Of a stretch of 64,000 nt of DNA, positions 58,620 to 64,000 are shown in pieces. Within the stretch, counting starts at the first letter, position 1. Each line of letters starts with the position of its first letter. Made by a program: the position numbers and the translations under genes. The notes under the pieces are model-generated. The model saw only the letters and a list, made by a program, of their open reading frames with translations, was not told where the DNA came from and searched no databases. The DNA is from an archaeon BMS3Abin17 (GTDB lineage Archaea; Nanobdellota; Nanobdellia; Pacearchaeales; GW2011-AR1), in the NCBI GenBank assembly GCA_002897655.1, contig BDTJ01000044.1:1605-65604 (forward strand). Direction: 5' to 3'.

Positions 58620-58652
58620 AGTGTGTGGTTTTCTCCAGGAATCCCTGGCATA
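58532..58652. repeat. 121-nt hairpin-rich repeat, copy C
   Basis: Direct repeat of copy B, 1.19 kb downstream. Confidence 0.8.
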
Positions 58653-58660
58653 AAAATTAA

Positions 58661-59254
58661 TTACTCAATAACAACAAAGTTGTTTCTTCCTGATTTCTTT
58701 GCTTTATAGAGTGCCTTATCCACTCTAAGCTTCATTTTTCTTTTTGTATCGTTTTTACCTCTAAACTGAGTTACCCCCCCACTTACAGTAAGACCATGTT
58801 TTTTTAGAACAGAATCTGAATTAATAACTTTTCTTAATCTTATAGTTAATTTTCTTGCCTTTACTAAATTTGTCGCCGGAAGCAGAATAATAAACTCTTC
58901 TCCCCCAAATCTTGCAAGAATATCTGGTTTTCTTATGTGTCTTTTTAAGGCACTTGAAAGATTCCCTAATAACTCATCTGCTCTAATATGCCCATAAGTG
59001 TCATTTATTTTCTTAAAAAAATCAATATCAATTATTATTAAAGATAAATCTTCTTTTGTTCTCTTGGCTCTCTCAATTCCAAGGTCAAAGACATTTTCAA
59101 AAAATTTACTGTTATACAACCCTGTTTTTTCATCATGAGTTGCCTCTTCATACAGCAAGGAAATAGATTCCATTATTACTTCAAATAATTCTTCAACCTT
59201 TTTCCTAAATTTTGGATCTAAAGAAGATATCCTCCTCTTTATTTTTCTATCCAT
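58661..59254 (-). CDS. stand-alone GGDEF-domain diguanylate cyclase (GGEEF active-site variant)
   Basis: DEKTGLYN, LIIIDIDFFKKINDTYGH, RFGGEEF, TVSGGV and ADKALYKAKKSGRN motifs span the whole GGDEF fold. Length 197 aa. Confidence 0.85.
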   Translation of the reverse strand: MDRKIKRRISSLDPKFRKKVEELFEVIMESISLLYEEATHDEKTGLYNSKFFENVFDLGIERAKRTKEDLSLIIIDIDFFKKINDTYGHIRADELLGNLSSALKRHIRKPDILARFGGEEFIILLPATNLVKARKLTIRLRKVINSDSVLKKHGLTVSGGVTQFRGKNDTKRKMKLRVDKALYKAKKSGRNNFVVIE

Positions 59255-59287
59255 TTAATATAAAGAGATAATTATTATTTAAAGGTT

Positions 59288-60118
59288 TCATTTAGCAACA
59301 TCACTTGTTTTTTTGTATCTAACATAAAGCTTGTCAAGAATATCTATAATTCTTTTCCTTTCTTCTGCAATACCAAGCCCTTTCCAGTCAAGAATTGCAA
59401 AATCAACTTCTTCTTGTGTTTTGTCTATTGCCTCTCTAATCATCTCTTCTGTTAATGGCAAGGCATATCCGGGGATTATATGGGAAATAGCAACATTTGA
59501 ATTTAATTGTATTTTGTTAAAATTCGGGCAGTAGTGCGGTCCACCAATTCCAATAGCAACCTCATTATATGGATTTTGATTGAATCCTTTGATTATATCT
59601 TTTATTGTTACTGCAATAACAAAACCAGCCCTATTATCTCTCCACTCATTTTCTGTTGAACCAATTTCTATGAAAATACATGGTTTATCAATTAAAGGGC
59701 CGTGATGAGTGCATTCAAGAGTAACTTTGTAATCTTTTAAATTATGTTCTTTGACATTTTTGTTCAGTTTTTCAAATATTTGTTTTTGAAATGATGCAGA
59801 GGTCTTAGATACTCTTCCAGATACCCCTCCAAAATCTGCATTTCTCCAGTTCCCAGGAGCATGAACAGAGAGTGTTCTCTCGTTTGTCACTGACTTGTGC
59901 CTTGAAGCAAATATGACAAAATCATATTTATTGATTTTTTCTTTGTCGATTCCCTCATCATAGATTATCTCTTTTTCAGTTAAATAAAAATCAAAATCAG
60001 GCTCATCTGTCTGCATTGCTGAAACCAATGGATTTTTTTTAAATTGAGATAACTGAGTTGTTATGTTTATTCCTGCCCTATCCAGCTTGCTTGCAATTAT
60101 TAGATATTTTTTATACAT
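59288..60118 (-). CDS. dtdA: D-aminoacyl-tRNA deacylase, archaeal type
   Basis: FASRHKS, HAPGNW, ECTHHGP, FIEIGSTENEW, GIGGPHYCP and DWKG blocks match the DtdA family. Confidence 0.8.
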   Translation of the reverse strand: MYKKYLIIASKLDRAGINITTQLSQFKKNPLVSAMQTDEPDFDFYLTEKEIIYDEGIDKEKINKYDFVIFASRHKSVTNERTLSVHAPGNWRNADFGGVSGRVSKTSASFQKQIFEKLNKNVKEHNLKDYKVTLECTHHGPLIDKPCIFIEIGSTENEWRDNRAGFVIAVTIKDIIKGFNQNPYNEVAIGIGGPHYCPNFNKIQLNSNVAISHIIPGYALPLTEEMIREAIDKTQEEVDFAILDWKGLGIAEERKRIIDILDKLYVRYKKTSDVAK

Positions 60119-60171
60119 AATTAAAGAAATAAGCCAGAGTATATATAAATTATTCTATAGAATAGTGTATT

Positions 60172-60642
60172 TTATCTTTTATTTGAGGAAATAGTATCAG
60201 TTGTTCTATCCTCAAGATTAAGCACTAATGCACTCATTGAAGAAAGATTTTTTAGAGGTTCTCCTTCTACTGACTCCAGCATATTAAGTTGCCCTAGAAT
60301 GTCCTTAATTGAAGAACTTCCTACAAAGACTAAATTATCAACTCTTTCTCTTTGACTGTTGTATAAATTATATAACCTACTAATTTTCTCAGGGGTAAAA
60401 TGGTTCTCTTCACAATATAAAGCAGAAGTTTCTTCTACAACAAGACTATTGTCAATAGAATTTCTTAATATAGAAGCAGTTTGCATTGCTTTTTGTGCTG
60501 ATGAAGATGCAATATGAAAATTTCCGCCATATTTTTCCTTAATTACTTCACCCAATCTCTTTATTTTATATGCCTCTTTAATAGTTAAAGTATCTAATGG
60601 TCTACAGATTTTCCCGTGGCTCACACAAATAATTTGCTTCAT
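60172..60642 (-). CDS. hypothetical protein (weak histidine-phosphatase-like N-terminus)
   Basis: 156-aa ORF. The CVSHG segment is only a weak match to an RHG motif. Confidence 0.3.
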   Translation of the reverse strand: MKQIICVSHGKICRPLDTLTIKEAYKIKRLGEVIKEKYGGNFHIASSSAQKAMQTASILRNSIDNSLVVEETSALYCEENHFTPEKISRLYNLYNSQRERVDNLVFVGSSSIKDILGQLNMLESVEGEPLKNLSSMSALVLNLEDRTTDTISSNKR

Positions 60643-60694
60643 TTATATTAATTTGCCAAAGAGGTCTTTTAAGGATTTTTATCATGGAGTATAA

Positions 60695-61312
60695 TCAATA
60701 AGATAGATATTCCAGATTATCCTCAATCTTTTTTATTCCTTCTTTATCCTGCTGCAGGATAGCCATAGCATCCCATGTCCCTTTTAGAAAAGCCTGTCTT
60801 CTTCCTTCAGGCATATCAAATTCTATTTTTTCTTCTCCACAGGTTATCATCTTTTTATTAAGATCTATTTCTAATTCTGCCAAAGGGTTTTTCTCAAGAT
60901 ATTCTGCTAATTTTGATATAATCTCTGAAGACACAGTTACACAAACTACACCTAAACTTGCGCAGTTTCCTGCAAAAATCTCTGCAAAACTTTCTGCGAT
61001 TATTGCGTTAATACCAAACTTATGCAGTGCCTGAGGGGCATGTTCTCTTGAAGAGCCGCATCCATAATTAGCTCCAGCAAGAAGTATTTTTGCCTCGCTT
61101 GCTCCAGATTTATTAAACGGATGCTCTTCTACTTTATTTCCATCTTTTATTCTTTCGTCAATGTACACATACTCCCCCATCTTCTCAAAAGTTATCTCCT
61201 TCAAATATCTTGCAGGAACAATATCATCTGTATTTTGATCATTTGCAGTCTTAGATATTGCTTTTCCTTTAATATTATCTATCACCTTTTCCTGGATGAT
61301 TAATTCACTCAT
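60695..61312 (-). CDS. leuD: 3-isopropylmalate/homoaconitate dehydratase small subunit (aconitase-family swivel domain)
   Basis: NTDDIVPARYLK and CGSSREHAP motifs. Confidence 0.8.
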   Translation of the reverse strand: MSELIIQEKVIDNIKGKAISKTANDQNTDDIVPARYLKEITFEKMGEYVYIDERIKDGNKVEEHPFNKSGASEAKILLAGANYGCGSSREHAPQALHKFGINAIIAESFAEIFAGNCASLGVVCVTVSSEIISKLAEYLEKNPLAELEIDLNKKMITCGEEKIEFDMPEGRRQAFLKGTWDAMAILQQDKEGIKKIEDNLEYLSY

Positions 61313-62735
61313 TTTTCTTTATGCCCTTTAGGGGGTATCCTCCTAAATATTTTCCTGGATTAGTTATTTTTCCTTCAATAGCTGAAGCAGCTGCAGTATA
61401 GGGGTTCATCAGGTGTGTTCTTCCTGTGGGGCTTCCCTGTCTTCCTTTAAAATTTCTATTTGAGGTTGATGCGCATCTCTGTGTTCCGACTAATTTATCC
61501 GGATTCATAGCAAGACACATTGAACAACCAGGCAATCTCCATTCTGCTCCTGCATCTATAAAGATTTTATCTATGCCAATTTCTTCTGCCTGTTTTTTGA
61601 CTTCCTCAGAACCTGAAACAACAAGAGTTTTAACAGCAACCTTTTTTCCTTTTAAGATTTCAGCAGCCTGTTTAAAATCAATTAATCTTCCGTTAGTGCA
61701 TGAACCTATAAATACAACATCAACAGGAGTTCCCTCTATTTTGTCTCCTGCATTTAAGCCCATATAATTTAGTGCATCTTCTGCTTCTTCTTTTAGCTTT
61801 CCTTCAAATTTATTTGAGGAAGGAATTATTTCACTTACCCCAATAGTCTGCTCAGGGTTAACCCCCCATGTAACCATTGGCTCTACCTGAGGAACATCAA
61901 TATCTACAACATCATCATATTGCGCATCAGAATCTGAAGCTATAGATTTCCAGTATTCTACTGCCTTTTCAAAATATTTTTTTGGTGCAAATTCTTTTTC
62001 TTTTAAATAATCAAAAGTTATTTTGTCAGGATTTATATAACCAAGTCTTGCACCACCTTCAACAGCAAGATTGCATATAGTCATTCTCTCTTCCATACTC
62101 ATATTCTCAATAGCTTCTCCTCCAAACTCATATGCAAAACCAACCCCTCCTTTTACACCAAGTTTCATAATCATATAAAGAGCCAAATCTTTTGCACCCA
62201 CTCCTTTGTTAAGTTTTCCATTGAAGTTTATTCTTCTGACTTTTAATTTATCCATTGCAAGAGTTTGTGTTGCAAGAACATGACTTACCTGAGTTGTTCC
62301 TATTCCAAATGCAAGTGTTCCAAAAGCCCCATAAGTGCATGTATGACTGTCCCCGCAAACAATTATTTGCCCTGGCCAGATTAACCCCTGTTCAGGAAAT
62401 GCTACATGGCATACTCCTTGTTTCCCAGAACCAGGGCCAAAATAAGTTATATTAAACTCCTTGGTATTTTCTTCAACTGTAGAAGTCATTAATTCTGCCT
62501 GATTATCCTCAAATGGCCTTGATAAATCGTGTGTTGGAATTACATGGTCTAAAATACAGAAAGTAAGTTCAGGATGTTTTACAGAAATCTTTTTTTCCCT
62601 CAACATTTCAAATGCCTGTGGGCTTGTAACCTCATGCATCATATGTCTGCTTACAAAAACCTGTGTTTGCCCTGTAGGTAATTCCCCAACAATATGCTTT
62701 TTCCAAACTTTATCATAAAGCGTTTTTTGAGACAT
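61305..62735 (-). CDS. leuC: 3-isopropylmalate/homoaconitate dehydratase large subunit
   Basis: Aconitase-family CGDSHT, GSCTNGR and PGCSMCL Fe-S ligand motifs. Confidence 0.85.
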   Translation of the reverse strand: MSQKTLYDKVWKKHIVGELPTGQTQVFVSRHMMHEVTSPQAFEMLREKKISVKHPELTFCILDHVIPTHDLSRPFEDNQAELMTSTVEENTKEFNITYFGPGSGKQGVCHVAFPEQGLIWPGQIIVCGDSHTCTYGAFGTLAFGIGTTQVSHVLATQTLAMDKLKVRRINFNGKLNKGVGAKDLALYMIMKLGVKGGVGFAYEFGGEAIENMSMEERMTICNLAVEGGARLGYINPDKITFDYLKEKEFAPKKYFEKAVEYWKSIASDSDAQYDDVVDIDVPQVEPMVTWGVNPEQTIGVSEIIPSSNKFEGKLKEEAEDALNYMGLNAGDKIEGTPVDVVFIGSCTNGRLIDFKQAAEILKGKKVAVKTLVVSGSEEVKKQAEEIGIDKIFIDAGAEWRLPGCSMCLAMNPDKLVGTQRCASTSNRNFKGRQGSPTGRTHLMNPYTAAASAIEGKITNPGKYLGGYPLKGIKKNE

Positions 62736-62736
62736 C

Positions 62737-63867
62737 TTAATTAAAATTTTTTATAAACTCTGAGGCTTTCTCAGTCAGATAAGTAACTGTTTTGTCCTTA
62801 TACTCAGGGTCTCTTAAGTTATTAAGAGTGGCTTCTTTCATTGCTTTTGCAGCTTCTGTTTCCCCTATTTGCTCAAGCATCATAGAATAAGATAAGAATG
62901 CCGCCTCTGGTTTCACTGTATTAATTTTCTCCAAATTTTTTGTTCCAGGAATATAATCCCCATTCTCACTTACTTCATACCATCTTTTAGGAACACTCCC
63001 GTGTATTGGTTCAAACATAGAAGGAAATGTCCCAAAAGGATTGATATTTCCAGAAACTGCAGAACCAATTCCTCCCTGAAGAACTGCTCCCAAGTCAGTT
63101 GCAATATCTCCAAACATATTTTCTGTTACTACAACATCAAATTGTTCAGGAGCAACCACCATCTGCATCATAAAATTATCAATATGCATATATAGGAATT
63201 CTATATCAGGATATTTTTCCCTGAACTCATTAAGGACCCTTGTCCATGGGACAGCTGCATAAGTCAGAACATTTGTCTTAAAGACAAAATGAATCTTTGG
63301 CTTCTCAAACCTTTTTCTTTCTCTTGCTCTTTCAATTGCAAACTCTGTAAGTCTTTTAACGCCTTTATAAGTGCATATCATCTCCTGTATTCCAGTCTCA
63401 TCTTCTGTTCCTTCATTCAATACTTTTCCCTTGCCAACATATAATCCTTCTGAATTCTCCCTGCATATTTCAAAATTAATATCCTTGGATGTTTTATCAG
63501 AAAGAACTGATTTAACTCCTTCTGGAAGGACAATTGGTCTTAAATTGACATATTGGTCAAAAGACTGCCTTAGCTTTAGGATAATCCCCAATTCCAGTAT
63601 TCCCGGCTTAATCTTTACAGGGTCTCCTATTGCACCTAAAAAAATCTGATCATATTTCGCAAGTTCATTTAGCTCTTTTTCCCCTAATTCTGTTATGCCC
63701 TGCTCTAAGAAATAATCAGCATTATAATTAAAAGTCGTATGCTTAATTGGTTTTTTTAATTTATCACTTATTGCCTCGCTTAGTTTTAATACAGCGTCTG
63801 TTACAGTTATCCCGTTCAAATCTCCAGGGATTACTGCTATATTGTGATAATCTTTTTCAGATTCCAT
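62737..63867 (-). CDS. leuB: 3-isopropylmalate (or homoisocitrate) dehydrogenase
   Basis: NMFGDIATDLGA motif and the isocitrate/IPM dehydrogenase fold. Confidence 0.8.
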   Translation of the reverse strand: MESEKDYHNIAVIPGDLNGITVTDAVLKLSEAISDKLKKPIKHTTFNYNADYFLEQGITELGEKELNELAKYDQIFLGAIGDPVKIKPGILELGIILKLRQSFDQYVNLRPIVLPEGVKSVLSDKTSKDINFEICRENSEGLYVGKGKVLNEGTEDETGIQEMICTYKGVKRLTEFAIERARERKRFEKPKIHFVFKTNVLTYAAVPWTRVLNEFREKYPDIEFLYMHIDNFMMQMVVAPEQFDVVVTENMFGDIATDLGAVLQGGIGSAVSGNINPFGTFPSMFEPIHGSVPKRWYEVSENGDYIPGTKNLEKINTVKPEAAFLSYSMMLEQIGETEAAKAMKEATLNNLRDPEYKDKTVTYLTEKASEFIKNFN

Positions 63868-64000
63868 ATTTAATAGGAAGAATCTCTATTTATAAATATT
63901 GTTGAAGAAGAAAATAGATTATTAAACTAATTCTTGACAATTAATTTAAGGAATAATCTTATGTATTTTGCTTTCAGAATAAAAATGAACAGCTCTTCCT

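Noticed and set aside
60695-63867. Assigning leuBCD specifically to leucine biosynthesis
   Set aside because: The sequence alone cannot separate LeuBCD from homoaconitase/homoisocitrate dehydrogenase (AksDEF or lysine-pathway) paralogues. Gene symbols are given only as the closest family labels.

Overview
This 64-kb window is AT-rich and almost certainly archaeal. It carries rpoH, an unsplit rpoB, a fused rpoA'/A'', a KH-type NusA, uS12, uS7, aEF-2, aEF-1alpha and archaeal DnaG. Two tRNA genes contain introns. Several genes look bacterial (type-I GAPDH, NrdR, CspA, a stand-alone GGDEF cyclase), so the source may be a DPANN-like or other small-genome archaeon with frequent horizontal transfer.

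Gene order, start to end:
- A gap-pgk-cupin PGI glycolytic operon.
- Redox and tRNA-thiolation genes.
- A class-II Fic protein, surrounded by a repeated 16-nt promoter-proximal motif.
- A dNTP-supply cluster: nrdR, class II RNR, a kinase/dCMP-deaminase fusion and thioredoxin.
- A tRNA-Lys hotspot carrying hicBA and an IS200-family element.
- The conserved RNAP/translation cluster, which has extra small ORFs and no rps10 after tuf.
- A roughly 7.8-kb inserted island bounded by imperfect inverted repeats. It holds an MmeI-like Type IIG restriction-modification enzyme and a convergent, translationally coupled three-gene cassette: a DUF488 fusion protein, a Cys-rich unknown protein, and a Cas4-like Fe-S PD-(D/E)xK nuclease with a novel C-terminal extension. 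An IS5-family transposase follows, with four phased GGTACCCA boxes in the divergent promoter.
- dnaG, an endonuclease-IV-like gene and mazEF.
- A Rad50-like ATPase split by a 532-aa LAGLIDADG intein in its P-loop.
- An rnhB gene interrupted by a 41-nt stop-containing insertion, next to a free-standing LAGLIDADG protein.
- A repeat-rich region with tRNA-Met (non-canonical intron), cspA, tRNA-Ser (121-nt intron) and three copies of a 121-nt hairpin-rich element.
- A stand-alone GGDEF cyclase, dtdA and leuBCD.

The best candidate for an undescribed system is the three-gene nuclease cassette inside the RM/transposase island.
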